Under the pieces are notes generated by a model, which saw only the letters and a program-made list of their open reading frames with translations, searched no databases and was not told the DNA's origin. Shown here piece after piece: positions 26,402-39,934 of a stretch of 64,000 nt of DNA (positions are counted from its first letter, which is position 1; every line of letters begins with the position of its first letter). The position numbers and the translations under genes are program-made. Source of the stretch: Lama glama (Eukaryota); the NCBI GenBank assembly GCA_028534125.1, contig CM052816.1, forward strand, positions 76,200,001 to 76,264,000, in the 5' to 3' direction.

Positions 26402-26446
<45 letters not shown>
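26402..26446. repeat. (TG)22 microsatellite
   Basis: Uninterrupted TG run directly adjoining the MLT1 LTR terminus. Confidence 0.98.
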
Positions 26447-26448
<2 letters not shown>

Positions 26449-26915
26449 TAGTTTATTAGGGCTGGGGTAACAAATTACCACAATCTTGATGGCTTAAAAC
26501 AGCAGAAATCTATTCTCAGTTCTGGAAGGCGGAAGTCTGAAGTCAAGGTGTTGTCAGGACTGTACCCTCCACAGAGTCTCTGGGGAAGAACCCCTCACTG
26601 TTTCTTCTACCTTCTGATGGATGCTCAGCATTTATTAGTTTGTGGTTGTATCACTGCAGCCTCTCCTCCATTTCATGTTGCCTCCTCCTTTGTGTGTATT
26701 TAACCCTACTCTGTGCCTCTCTCATAAGGTTAATTGTTCTGGCATTTTGGACCCATCTGGGTAATCCAGAGGAATTCATTGTCTCAAGATCCTTAATATA
26801 ATCACAATTTTTACCATGTAAGATAATATTCACTCTTTTGTCATATAATATTTATAAATTTCAGAGATTAGGAATTGAATATATCTTTAAAATGTCATAT
26901 TTTCAGCCTACCACA
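26444..26915 (-). mobile_element. MLT1 (ERVL-MaLR) solo LTR, MLT1C/D-like
   Basis: tgtattagttt..agggctg..gtaacaaattaccacaa...ggcttaaaacagcagaaat.tattctcagttctgga...tcaaggtgttg, ending ttcagcctaccaca. Confidence 0.85.
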
Positions 26916-28260
26916 GTCACTCTTGGGATCAGATATCCTACCTAGAGAGTTTGAATGACTGTATTTCTCTTCAAATTTCTGTGTAAGTCAAATTAACCAT
27001 AGTTCATAAAAAATAAAAACCTGGATTGGTCATAGGATATTAACTAATATAGAAAAAATGAAATAAGTCAGATTTCCTTACATTTTCACTGAATTCATTG
27101 TATTTTGTCACCTGTGTTGCATATAATTGTATAAATATGTCATTCATTTATTTTTAAAAAACTATAGATTACCAACTGTTCTGTAAGGACATGATGCTTG
27201 GCCCTGAGACACAGAAATAAATAAGGTATGGTTCTTTTCAGTGACAGCCAGTAATCTAGATAAGAAGATACTGGTATCAAAATTTTATTCAATTTCCAAG
27301 TGCTATTATAGCTGTATAGCTAGGCTATGGATTCTCTCTTTCAGTCTATATTGCTGGTCTTTTACTTTGATACTATTTATTCTGATTATAGAGAGAAGAG
27401 AAGAGAAAAGAAAATATTAGCTTAAGACTATACAAATAGTAAGATGTAGAGCTTAGATTTAAATTCTTGCAGTCTAATTCCAGAGCTCAGGCTATCAAAC
27501 ACTGCATATACTACATGGATTATTTGATAGAATTATTCTATAGTGGAGTTTTTAAGAATGAACATTCTCCTTTCCTGAGTGCCATTTGATTATTTTCTTC
27601 TGGGTACACTCAAACTTCTCTACATGGTTTTGTCTTTTCTGATGCTTGCCTCTTGGGTGTTGTGAATTATATGGGTTTGTCCTCCAGGAACTAAGGCAAA
27701 CGAGTTTAGAGGCATGTCATCCTACTCTTCAGAAACATTTCTCTACGTCTCCCTTTGACTTAGATGTGAAAATTGATAATTAAAGATTGTGAGAAATTGC
27801 TCTTTTCTAATGTAGCCTACAGATTCACCAATGATTGGGAAACTCCTTTGTATTTGGTAAATAGCACATAGATTTCCATATAGCTTGTTCTACAGCCTTT
27901 GGGGGAACATACATGAGTGTTCTTTGGCATCAAAGAGCTGACTCTTCACTTCTCATTTTCACAGTCTTGATCCATCTGCCTAAATAATAGCTAAATTTTT
28001 AAAAAATAACTGATACCATGAGAGGTCTTTTCTTCTGCAGGAATATTCCTTATATGTCTTTCTATTCAACAAAAGATCTGGCAGTTATAGATACTCAGTA
28101 ACATTTAATAAATTCATGTCAAATTGTATTGATTGTTTATCTAGTGGTTTTAGCAAGTATCAAATGACAAAAGAAAAGATGGATTTGATACAAAGGAATT
28201 CCTCAGTATACCTCCAAAGGGACCAGTAATGTCACTATGTGGTAGATAGTAGTGACAGCC

Positions 28261-28302
28261 AAAAAAAAAAAAAAAAAAAGAAAAAGAAAAAGAAAAAAAA
28301 AA
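28261..28302 (+). repeat. Poly(A)/(GAAAAA)n tract
   Basis: 42-bp A-rich run. Confidence 0.95.
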
Positions 28303-29182
28303 GTTCAATGGCGTTAACAGTGACTTTTAACTGTTCACTGTGGTTTTACTCAGGCTTGGGCCAAGTATCCATTTAGGAGGAACACACTTTGTGGTGATTC
28401 CCCTGTCCCTAACTCATTTCACCATCTATTGACAGCTCACACTTTGGAAGCATAGGCTTGGTTGATGCTATGATGGTAACTTTGTTTTCTCAGCTGGTTC
28501 TGCCCAAAGTTGTTATATCCAGAGTAACAATAGTTTGTGGATCTCCTAGTAAAAGTGTCAAAGCACTAACAGCTGTGCAGTGTGGTTAATCATCAAGGAA
28601 CATGGGGTATTGCTTTTACCTCACAAAATACTTTAATTGTAATTGGAAGTAGTAAATAACTCAGTTACTATTCCCTCCTTCAAGTTGTGTTTTCAGATTT
28701 TCAGTATCTGCTTGTCTCAAAGAGCTTTAAACATCCTGTCAGATGTGGTTTGAAAGGAAGGACTGGTTGGAATTCTAACTTCCTGCATTTGTGAAAACTG
28801 CTCTTTCAACCTAGATACAGAAATGGAAGTATGATCTGGTACTGTTAATTCATATTCCTGAGATACCAGTAACTCTTCCACAAATGATACTACTAAATTC
28901 TCACTGAACAGTTTTCTAGAACAACGTCTTCCCTCTTTCAAGAATGAAGTGGTTCTGGTATTGGAACTTTTACACTGTAAAAATATGTTCTTCTTTGTTC
29001 ATGAGGAAACTTCCTCTCCAATCCCATGAAGAATTGTACTGGGTAAAATTCTTATCTTCCTCTTCACCTTCATCATTTAATCAGGAATGGAGATCCTTTC
29101 CTCCCTTTCTTATCATCTCCAGCTTCCCTTATATTTTCAGTTAACTCTCCCTCCCAATCCTTATCCTTCCCCCTCCCCCGCT

Positions 29183-29222
<40 letters not shown>

Positions 29223-29246
29223 TGCACACACGCACGCACGCACGCA
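29183..29246. repeat. Compound microsatellite (CT)n(CA)n(CACG)n
   Basis: Directly visible in the sequence. Confidence 0.95.
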
Positions 29247-30944
29247 TGAACACACCCTCTCACGCAGAATCTGCTGTTTTTCTCCATTTTCAGTTAGCAA
29301 GCAGAACACCACACTGGCACATTTAGATGCCCAACCCATCTAAATCCTTCTGTTTGGAAGGTCCATGGCTGTCTCAGGCTTCCATGACTGCTCCTGGGAA
29401 GTCAGTTGTATTTGGAGTGGGAGCTAGAACTCCTAATGCATTTTCTACTCCGACTTTATGAGAAAACATGGTTACTGCTACAGCTTTAAACAATCCATAT
29501 TTAGACAATCCTCATGTAGACCCTTGGGTGTGTCCTTAGTAGTTGGAACCTATTCAGAACCTATGGGGATAAGGGGTGAAAACTTAGGCATCTCTAAGCT
29601 CTGGTCTTTAGGAAGCAATATACCTCAAAGTGGCTGCCTAGAGAATGATTTAGGAGCAGTGTGTTAGTCTGCCCTCAAAGAAGAGGTTTTGGTTACAGTT
29701 TATAAGCAAAAAGCCAATCAGTCAATCAAAAGGATGTCCCTGAGTAGGTCATCCACACACCTGTTCTTGGTAAGCACTTTCTCAGCATAAAGTTTCACAG
29801 ACTTGAAGAGAGCTTTTCTCTTGGTTATTTTAATGTGAAAATTTGTAGTCTCCTGTCGATTAAAACTTATGTCACCTTCTATTGTCAGCTACAACTGTGG
29901 CAATATATTAACCAAGTTGTTAATATGTATCTAAACTCTCCATGTCTCTTGTTTTGCACTGTTGCTTTCTCTGTGCTTCTCTGTGTTAGCCTTTGAAATG
30001 GAAATAGGAAAATTCCTTTCCCAGAGTGGTTAGCTTTAAACCTTAGGCAATTTAATTATCTTCTACTGATCAGATGTCTCTACATTCATTTAGGTGTGCT
30101 ATCAATTGTCAGTCATTTTAACAATCTTACCTAGTTAATTCTGATGTTATGCCAGATTTTTTCAAGAGGAAAAAAGGGATTTGAGGCTATAAATTCAAAC
30201 AAGTAGGTTGTTATTTTGGTTTATTTGATACAAAGCTTCTCATTTCATGGTTAAATTCTATTGTACACAGTCAAATCTCTTCTGAACAAATTTGGACAAG
30301 AAGCCAATGACTATGGCTTGTGGTCATCCAATGGTGGCTATTCATAATATGTGGTGGTCATGTTTTGGCTCAAGTTTGTTTGACAAGTGGAAATATACAT
30401 GAATATCCTGTGTTATTTGTATCTACAAGGTCTTTCATCCATATTACTTCTCCATAATGTGGCTTTAAATTATCCACAAGGAATTGATCGGGACATTTGA
30501 TATTCTTTCTCTTTCAGAATCTCTGTTTTCTGTCTAGGGCAACATTTATCCATGCCTTTCTTTAAAAAAAAAACAATAGTAGCAATTATGGCAGTGTATA
30601 TTGTTATGGTCACTTCTGGTATATTGCTGTTCAGAATACTTGCTTCTCTTCCCTGAAAGATTATACTTCAGAGTTCTTCTCTGCAGGAGGAGTTTGCTTT
30701 TCAGAACTTTTGAATTCATGCTATCACAGGACTTTCTCTGGATGGTGAATTGTGAGTAGTATTAATATGGGATATTTTTGACCAGAAGTTTTCCAAATCA
30801 GCTTGTAGTTATCTCTCTTTTCTCCCTACAAATCCCAGATAGAGGCTATTCTTGATCTGCATGAATAAGAGATAAGACTTGTAAGCCACTAACATCTTTT
30901 AGGTTGTCACTGTAGAAAAAAGTAGACTAAACTGACTAATAAAA

Positions 30945-31300
30945 TCCCTTTGACTTAGCAGTTACCCCTTTGGGAATTTATTCTCAGCAATAACATCACA
31001 AGTGAGGGAACATGGAGGATTAGAGACACTCATCATATTGTTATAAAAATATCAAAAAATTAGAACCCAAACTTAACAATAATTTCATTAAATGATGGTA
31101 TATTTATACAATGGAAAACTATGTAGTCATTAAAAATTGTTATGGCATATATTTACATATATATACTTTTATATAATTATATATACATATCTATATTTTT
31201 ATCTGTGTAAAAGTGTCATAGAAGGATATCCAAAATACATTTGATAAGTAAATAATGATATAATATGAAAGATTCTATTTTAGCAAAATAGCATATTCTG
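30945..31300 (+). mobile_element. Ancient L1ME-like 3' fragment
   Basis: ccctttgacttagcagttacccctttgggaatttattct...atggtatatttatacaatggaaaactatgtagtcattaaaaa. Confidence 0.65.
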
Positions 31301-31959
31301 AAAAGAATACATACTGAATACCAAAAAGCATTTATAGGCATAGAATTACAATAAACACCAAAGACGGACCAAGAAGAGAAGTCATAGAATTGTGCAGGGA
31401 AGGGTGACGGGCATGTATAGGATGGGACACATGGTATGCTGTTAGCTTTACCTTTTGAATAACATAGAAAATGAACAGAAGGGCCATGCCCTTAATTGTC
31501 AACGCTCTTTCTTCCTCTCCTACTCACTGCCTTTGCAAATGCAAGCCATGGATGCAATTTGGATGCAATAATGCATCTTTGAACATAAGCCTAATGATCA
31601 ATAAATTGAATGTTGAAGCTAAAATCAGCTCCAGGGTAATGTATGATTGAAATCAGAGTGTAACAAAATAAATATCCCCCAAAGGCTTTACCAGCTACAA
31701 AACAGCAAAATTCTCTTTCTCACTTCCTCCTTACTATTTATTCTTTACCTATTTGCTGTATTCCCAAGTTCTAAAAATAATTAGAATCACTGAAGTTACT
31801 CAAAATACTTGTTAGATAAACTGCTGATTTGGCTTTTTCTAAAGCTTATATCTCTTGCTTTATACTTGCCAAAATCTCAAATGCATACTTCTGAATTCTA
31901 TGACAATTTTTGATCACATATACCATGACATAAGACAATATGAATGGTTAAATACAGTG

Positions 31960-32456
31960 CTTGCTCACATGACTTGTGCCTGTCCTGGGCCTGTTTGCCC
32001 CCAGACCCTTCCTTCTTTGGCTCTCTTCTGTATTACAAGAAAACTAACCCCTCCAGGCATCATTGCCAGGCTTCTATGACAGCTGGCTTCTCAATGGGAT
32101 TGGCCAAGAGGAGGCACCCACAGATACTTGGGGGTGAACAAAGGAAAAAGCCAGGGTATCCTTTTCCTCCTGTTTTGCCGGTGCAGTATTTTGCTCTGTA
32201 GCTTTGTGACTCCAGCTTCTTTTGATCAGGTCCACTGGGTTCCAGATTCTACTGAGTGACTCTGGCTCTAGGATTCAAATAACATCATTTTCTCGTGTTG
32301 AATCTCCAGCCTAGGGATGTTTGGTGGCTTTCTTCCATCATTAGTCTCTGGGTAGCTTCAGTCCTCCATTATCTGTGTAACCAATCTCCTGCATTAAATA
32401 GTCTCTGTTGTGAGTAATTACATTAGCTTCTATTTTTCTGTTTGCACTCTGACATA
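31960..32456 (+). mobile_element. LTR33-like ERVL solo LTR
   Basis: ccaggcttc...cagctggcttc...ttggccaagaggaggcac...aagccagggtat...ctgtgtaaccaat.tcctgcattaaat. Confidence 0.75.
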
Positions 32457-33109
32457 AAAAGTTAGTTATTGATTATTTAGCTTGAAATATGATTTGCTGT
32501 TGTAATGATGGAAGATAAGATTTGATTTAGAGTAATCTTTTTAAATTTCAAAGATGTTATCTGCAATAAAAATAAAAAATTAAGGAAATCCTTTCTCAAG
32601 GACTCAAAAGCCATTGCTGCTATGGATGTGATTTATTACCCTTGAGATGGAATTGACCACTGTCCAGTGGTAGGAAGGGCAATGCTGTTTCAAAAAAACA
32701 GAGATCAACTTAGGCAAGACCTTCAGTTTTCTTTGTATGTAGTCCTTGCAGATCTATGAAGGATCTTACTCTACTGAGCCTCATATTTTCTGGCTGGGCT
32801 CTCACCCTCGCCCTTGGCTCTCCCTTTCTTCAGTTGGAAAAATGAGAACTTCAGTTCCAGACCATATACTCTAGGTCACATCTTGTTTTTAGCTGTACCC
32901 ATGAGACACTTCATTTACACATTTTGTTCCTGCGCTCTTTGAACTTCATATTATAATATGTTCTTGAAAAGGAGATGAACATCAGCAGACTGGAGATGTG
33001 CCCTATTTCTAGACACAGTTGACACGTACTTCATGTGATTGTCTTTCTTCAGAGTTGTAACATGTATCAGTCCAAGAGTAATGAAATAAAACCTATTTAT
33101 TATGCTTGG

Positions 33110-33400
33110 AAAGACGGTATCATATAATGGTTAAGAATTTGGGCATATGGGTTTGGATCCTGACTTTGCCATTTAATCATTTCTTGGAACTCAAGCAAGT
33201 TACTTCAGGTCACTAAGTCTTCATTTCATCATCTGTAAAATAGAGATGAAAAGATTTACGCTACCTAACCAGGAGTCTTTGAGGATTGAATGAAATGTTT
33301 TATAAATAACTTAGCATAGTACCTGAAACGTGGGAACATAGTAAACACTCAAGACATGTAAACTGTCATGATGTTGGTGATGGTGACGGTGGTGCTTATA
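33110..33400 (+). mobile_element. MIR SINE, near full length
   Basis: atggttaagaa...gggtttggatcctgactttgcca...gcaagttactt...tcatctgtaaaatagagat...gaggattgaatga...cttagcatagtacctg. Confidence 0.8.
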
Positions 33401-34249
33401 TTACAGAATTTAATGAGAAGACTGATTAATATTTTTAATATTAGGTATGGCCTGGTATACATTAAGTTCTTTGCAGAACTGTCATATTTATAAGCATATT
33501 TCTACATATGAGTTTTTATGTATTTAACTTGTTTATAGAGTCAACAGGATATTTAGGACTCTTCCAGGAGAAAAAAAATCTATAGCCAAATAAGGTCCTA
33601 TTTTCTCTTGTTTTGCTCAAGTCAAGTGAGAATCTATTGAAGGACATGGAAAACAATAAAGAGTCAGTGCAGTGCAACTTAAATGTTCAGACTAACCTCG
33701 AGATGCAGCACAGACATTCCCCTGTCTCTTTTCAGCATTCCTCTGGGCGTAACATAATGCAGGACGATTGAGTTGTGGAGTCTTCTCTTCAAACTGTCTT
33801 CAGTGAAATAGAAAAGAATGGGCAGTTCTTTCCAACTGAGGATGCATTTCCCACCTTCTCATTAATCCTCTTCAGATTCTACCTGATTTGAAGAATAATG
33901 CAGTCATGTAAAGAGCTTACATTTGCAGAGTTCAGTCTGATTTAAATTCATATGTCCTGATATCTTACCCTATCCTGACCTCTCTCTCTTTCCTCATTTC
34001 TTTTGCAGTTTCATCCTTCTTTTCTTTGCTTCCTGAACTTGAAACAATGTCATTTCCTAGAGTTCTATTCTAGATCTTCTTCATTGTCACTCTGTGCTTT
34101 CTTTTCCTGGGCAGTCTGGGAGAGCCACACCCATAGTCATCTCTCCACTGACCACTCAAGCTTATATATTTTAATCCTAACTTCTGAGTACAGGCCCATA
34201 CCTTCAACCAATAACATTTACATTAGTATACTTTCTAGGTATTTCAAAG

Positions 34250-34490
34250 TATGGGTTGGGGATTAACAGACACACATTACTATATATGAAATAGATAAAC
34301 AACAAGGGCCTACTGTATAGCACAGGGAACTATATTCACTTTATTGTAATAACGTATAATGGAAGAGAATCTGAAAAGAAAAAAAAATGTGTGTGTGTGT
34401 GTGTGTGTATGGATAACTGAACCACTTTGCTGTATACCTGAAACTAACATTGTAAATCAACTCCACTTCAATAAATTTTTTTTTAAAAAG
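34250..34490 (+). mobile_element. Cetartiodactyl-type L1 3'UTR, 5'-truncated, with an internal (TG)n
   Basis: aaatagataaacaacaagggcctactgtatagcacagggaactatattca...gctgtatacctgaaactaacattgtaaatcaact.cacttcaataaa. Confidence 0.9.
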
Positions 34491-34759
34491 TGAACATGCC
34501 CCAGGTAGTACTTGTCATCTTCATACTCTAAGGGTTTTCATTCATTATTTCTTGTCTCAGTGAGTGGTAGCAAAATTCCCAAGCTCTACAGGTCAGAAAC
34601 TTCAGTGTTTCCTTCTCCATCACCTTCATATCTAAATCATTATTATGTCTTACTGATATTATACTGATACTTCTTAAATATTTTATCAGTTCACCTTCTT
34701 CCTTCTCTACTGCTATCCCACATCATCTTTCCCCAACAAACTGTTACTTGTTCTTGCCC

Positions 34760-35520
34760 TTTTTTAAACTGAAGTTACAATGTGTCAGTTTCTGGTGTAC
34801 AGCATAATGTTTCAGTCATATATATACATACATACATTCCTTTTCATATTTTTCATCGTAGGTTACTACAAGATATTGAATATAGTTCTCTGTGCTATAC
34901 AGAAGAAATTTGTTTATCTATTTTATATATAGTAGTTAATATTTGCAAATCTCAAACTCCTAATTTATCCCTACCCATCCCCTTTCCCCCCTGGTTACTA
35001 TAAGTTTGTTTACTATGTCTGTGAGTTTGTTTCTATTTTGTAGGTAAGTTCATTAGTGCCTTCTTTTTTCTTTTTTTAGATTCCACATATGAGTGATATC
35101 ATGGTATTTTCCTTTCTTTCTGGTTTACTCCACTTAGACTGACAATCTCCAGGTCCATCCCTGTTGCTGCAAATGGCATTATTTTATTCTTTATTATGAC
35201 TGAGTAATATTCCATTGTATAAATATGCCACAGCTTCTTTATCCAGCCATCTGCCAATGGACATTTAGGTTGCTTCCATGTGCTGGCTATTGTAAATAGT
35301 GCTGCTATGAATGCTAGGGTGCATGTGTCTTTTCGAATTAGAGGTCCCTCTGGGTATATGCTCAGGAGTGGGATTGCTGGATCATATGGTAGGTCTATTT
35401 TTAGTCTTTAGAGGAATCTCCATACTGTTTTCCTTAACAGCTGCACCAAACTACATTCCTACCAACAGTGTAGGAGGGTTCCCTTTTCTTCATGCCCTCT
35501 CTGGCATTTATCATTTGTGG
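34760..35520 (-). mobile_element. Lineage-specific L1 3' end (about 760 bp)
   Basis: T-tract, then gtgtcagtttctggtgtacagcataatg, ttgctgcaaatggcattattttattc and cattcctaccaacagtgtaggagggttccc. Flanked by cttgcccttt / cttgctcttt, a probable target-site duplication. Confidence 0.92.
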
Positions 35521-35569
35521 ACCTTGCTCTTTATGATCCAACTTTCTCATAAAAGCCAAACATCTTTTC

Positions 35570-35945
35570 TTTAACTTTTTATTTTGAAATGATTATAGAC
35601 TGATAGGAACTTGTAGAGAAATGTACAGGGAAATCCTGTGCTTCCTTCCCTCAGCCTCTCCCAATGCTAACACCTTACACAACTATAGTGTAGTATCAAA
35701 AACAAGAATTTGACATTAACATAATCCATAGAATTAACTCAGATTTCACCAGTTATTCATGCATTTGTGTGTGTGATGTGTGTGTGTGTGTATGTAGCTC
35801 TGCAATTTTATCACATGTATAACCACCACCATAATCAAAATACTGGACTGTACTGTCACAAGACTTCCTCATGGTACCCCTTTATATTATACCCATCTCC
35901 TCCCCTGTATCTAATCCCTAGGAACCACTTATGTGTTCTCCATAG
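35570..35945 (-). mobile_element. L1MB/MC-like 3' end
   Basis: aactttttattttgaaatgattatagact.atagga..ttgta...aactatagtgtagtatcaaaaacaagaa.ttgacatt. Confidence 0.75.
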
Positions 35946-36019
35946 AATACTCCTGGAATCTTGATCTTGAATTTTTAGCCTCCAGCACTGTGAGAAACAA
36001 ATGTCTGTTATTTAACCCA

Positions 36020-36670
36020 CCCCCAACTCAGCCCCTCCTGGTGTCATCTGTAGGTATAGAAGGCACTTATTTGTGCCACTTGGTATCACTGGACCAGCTT
36101 CTGCAAGGGGATAGACGGGCAGAAGCCACTAGGCCTGGCCGCCCTGTGATCCTGAGTAGAGGACCGGGAGACACAGGCCTCTGATGCTGCCAACAACAGG
36201 ACTGCCACAGGAAACTGGCTTGTGCAGTGAGGACCGGGATGGCTGAAGCTTCCTGCTGTTGATGCTACCAGTGGGTCGGACCACTGCCAGGTCCAGATTG
36301 TGGAAAGTCTGTCGTGGTTTCCTTTCCCCAGACTTTGGCCAGAAAGCACAAGCTTTTCTTTTGGGTTGTTTTTGTTTTGCCTGTGCCTGCTGGTTGTTCT
36401 GGGTTTTTGACCTCTCCTGTGCCCAGTCTAGGAGCGTATGAGAGATAAAAAGAAAACCTAGGGAATTTCGCCACGTGGTCAGTCCTCATGTTGTGAGATT
36501 CTAGGTTGTCTGCGTTCTTTCTTCCTTTCTAGTCAGTGCTGTGGTCATGTTTTCAGCTTAAATTCTTTTCTCATTGTCTAAGGACAGTTTCCTGGGTATT
36601 TGGTTGTATTTATAGAGGAGCACAGAAAAAAATTACTCTGTACCATCTTTCTCTCAGAATAGGAGGCAAA
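36020..36670 (-). mobile_element. Old L1M 5'-end-like fragment, preceded by a short MLT1 piece at about 35955-36015
   Basis: GC-richer segment ending ...tactctgtaccatctttc, resembling the antisense of an old L1 5' terminus. The MLT1 piece is cttgatcttgaa...gcctccagcactgtgagaaacaaatgtctgtt. Confidence 0.45.
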
Positions 36671-38434
36671 ACTTTTAAGAAAGGAAATCTGTTCCAGTAG
36701 CTTTACCCCTTATTAGCATCGTTGTAAGTCATAGGCTTTCTGAATTCCAGTTACACGGTCTCCCTTCAGATTTCTGAATATACCGTATTCCATTTCTACT
36801 CAGATACTTCTCTGCTGCTCCTTTTTCTGCCCCAAGACCATTTTTTTTCTCCTTTCACAATCTCCATGTTCTATTTTCAGGAACACCTTGCCTATCTATG
36901 AATTCCTATTTGTCTTTTAGAACTCAGGTCAAATATTATGTATTCAAGGAAGACTTCTTTGACTCCCCACACCAAACCAGATCAGAGCCTCTTGCACTGT
37001 CATTACTCCTCTGTTCTCCCCTACATCCATCCCTTGCAGTTATAATTCAACTGTTGGTTATGTAATTAATTGTTTAGTGTGCCTGCCATTGCTAGAATGC
37101 AGGCTCTTAGGTTCTGGATCTGTCTTGTTCATCACTGATCCTCCTGGTGCTCACCAAGTATCTGAATACATAAAAAGTTTTCATTACTTAAAATTTAAAA
37201 ATTCAGTATGTATCTGGAATTTTCCATTTTCAGAAAGCTTTGCAGTCATCAATTAGATAAATATCAAAAGAGCCCCATGAGCAAGATGCTGGTGAGACAA
37301 TGGTGGACCACAGTTTTTCTTTGATGAAACTTGACACTGGAAAACAGAGATGATTTGCATGGAGAATCCTCGAAGACCAACAAATGTGGTTGTTTCTTAC
37401 TTGAGAATTGATTTTAGTTTTTAATATTTCTGATTTTTACTCGACTAAAAGAAAAAGAGAAAAATTATTTCTCGAACAATGAACCACAGAATGAAAAAAA
37501 ATCAGCATTTTGGAAGAAAAATGTTGAGATGTCCATGGGCCAGTAATTTTCCCTAAGTCTGTAGGGGATTTGGTGCATTCTGTTTGGATTAGTTACTTAA
37601 TAATACAGGAAGAGGATCTCAAGTAACAATGTGTTGCATAATGTTATTCAGGAAATCTCATGTTAAAAGTAATGCCACCACCAATGTAAAGTTGCTTTTA
37701 TTTTCTTAGCAGAGTTTGTAAACTGAATTTTTGTTCCAGTAAATACACTGCAACAGTAGTTTTAAGTAGAGGGGACTCAGTAGTTCCCTAGCATTTCCTA
37801 ACATTAAATAAAACAAAGCTCTAAATCCTCAAAGATTGTTGCCGTCTCTCCTTCAGTAATAGCTAAACTCAGTTCACTTGTTTGCCAACATTCAAATATT
37901 AAAAGTAAATTCTATCATTTCACTTTTTGATGTTGACATCTGAAAACATGATTGAAAAAGATACTGGTGCTTGTTATGTTTTTTCTTAGTTTCAGATTTT
38001 AGCCTTTCTATCTTTGTTAAAATTACTGTGTTAACTATGGTGGATATTTCATATTGGTTGTTTAAAGGAGAAAACGATCCCCTTTAAGATCATTGTAATA
38101 AACTTCTGAATCTTCCATGATCTTAAATAATCAATTAATCAGTCAACTGAATGCATGAATAATTTGATCACCTTTCTACCACTGAATTGATAGATTTTTG
38201 TAAATTTACAAATTAAATGAAGTCAGTTAATGGTATAAAAAATTGCATTTAAAACCAGGCTTATTGAACTTAAAGATGGTATTTAATTCTATCTTCTTCC
38301 CTATTCTGTTTGGAACCAGAGTCAAACAAATGCAGGTCAAGGCAGCAACTAAGCTCTATGACTTCAATGTATGACCACAAATAGAATTTCTCTTACCTTG
38401 ATTTTAACGTAAACCTTAAGATGATCTACTTAGA

Positions 38435-38765
38435 TATGGTTGTTTAAAAAGAGGTTCACAGATTCTTTGACATTTCTCCCTTCAAAAAGTGGAATCTAAT
38501 TCCTCTTCCTTTGAGTATAAATTGATTCAGTGGCTTGCTCCTATAAAGGAAAAGTAAGGCAGATGTGATGCCTGTGACTTTTGACCCTCAGTCATAAAGG
38601 GAATTGTCACTCTCTCCTTGTTCTTTCTTTCAGATCACCCCCTTTTGGGAGTGGAGCTGCCATGTCATGAGGATACTCAGCCAATCTACAGCAAGGTCCA
38701 CATGGTGAGGAACTGAGACTTCCTGCCAGCAGCTATGGGAGGGAGCAGCTTGGAAGCAAATGCGG
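38435..38765 (+). mobile_element. MLT1F-like MaLR LTR fragment
   Basis: ttctttgaca...cccttcaaaaagtggaatctaattcc...gctgccatgtcatgagga...ggtccacatggtgaggaactgag.cttcctgcca.cagc. Confidence 0.8.
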
Positions 38766-39934
38766 AGAAATCTGGCTCCTGTTTAAAAGCCCATGAGTAA
38801 TTTCCCAGACCTGATCATAGGTAATTACCAAGGCTTTAATTGGCAGGCCTGATGGGAGAAAGAAAGCTGCCCTCTCCAGGCAGGACCTGTGTACAACCAA
38901 TGCATTATAGTCTCTGAAGGGAGTTGCAGTCAAGGACTCAGGCCCCCAGCCAGTCCTGTTCTGCATGTATTTACAGTCTTAGTTTTGGTGAGCACCTGTG
39001 TTCCGAGGTCTTTTTATCTGAGGCCTTAGGTGGAAGTCACCTCTAGGTGCCTCTGCTGAACCCTTCCTATTGAGGGGAGTAGAAGAAAATCTTGAATTCA
39101 CTTGGGAGGGTTTTGGAAGACTTCTCTAAGGAAGTAATAGTTGAACTTAGACCTAAAAGTTGCTAAGAGCTAACTAGATAAGTAGGAAACTTGTGAATAG
39201 GTAAGAGGTGTCCCAGCTTGAAGGAATAGCATGTGCTTACCCAGAACTCCAGCCTGACAACTATGAAGGTTTCTAAGATAAACAGAGAGAAAAAGCAAGA
39301 TGAGCCAAAAACCTCTCCAGAATACTGACCTAGACACTGACCCTGGTGTGCTCACTTCTTGGAAGTAGGAAGAAAACAATACACAATGCATCCTGCTTCT
39401 CTGCAGGAAGAGTCCAAAGAGAGAGAGGAAAAGGCTGAGCTGTATATGTTCAAGTTCTTCTCTCAGTCTCACCCTTAGGAGAGTCATACCTCTTCTCCAG
39501 AGGGGGCAGATAAGGGAAAAACCACTCCAACAATGGACCAAAATGGGGTCTTAGTGTGCTGTGTTTTTCCACATATTGTTACAGTGATCAACATCCTGGG
39601 GAAATTTTACAGATCATAAAATCAGCAAATGTTACTATGATATTTGGGGCACCAGTGATTATGATTCTTAGGAGGGCAAAAAAATGAACCTTTTAGTGAG
39701 TAACATTATAGACATGTTCTTTTGTCAGGAATAAAATGTTTAATTTGTTGCTCTAAGTCAATTTGTCTTCTATTTAATGACAGTTTATCTGTGGTCAATT
39801 CACTACTTTTTCCTTTGAGGTACTAGAAAACTAGTAGTTAACTTAAAGGAAAGAAAAAAGTGTGAATTCTATAAAATCATCTTCATCAAGTTCTTTACAT
39901 TCTCTGGTCTTCACTTGTCATGATACCACACTCA

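Larger units (their letters stand above)
33960..37190 (+). mobile_element. Fragmented L2 element hosting a nest of later insertions
   Basis: L2-like pieces at about 33960-34247, 34490-34750, 35520-35570 and 36670-37190. The last piece ends with tgtcttgttcatcactg...tgaataca. Confidence 0.55.

Noticed and set aside
28261..28302. Poly(A) tail of a processed pseudogene
   Set aside because: No upstream poly(A) signal, coding remnant or target duplication. The flanks resemble an old MLT1 terminus with an expanded A-run.
33695..33805. Possible minus-strand exon (QFEEKTPQLNRPALCYAQRNAEKRQGNVCAASR) with AG and GTTAGT boundaries
   Set aside because: Splice sites are mediocre, the peptide is unrecognised, and there are no partner exons in the window.
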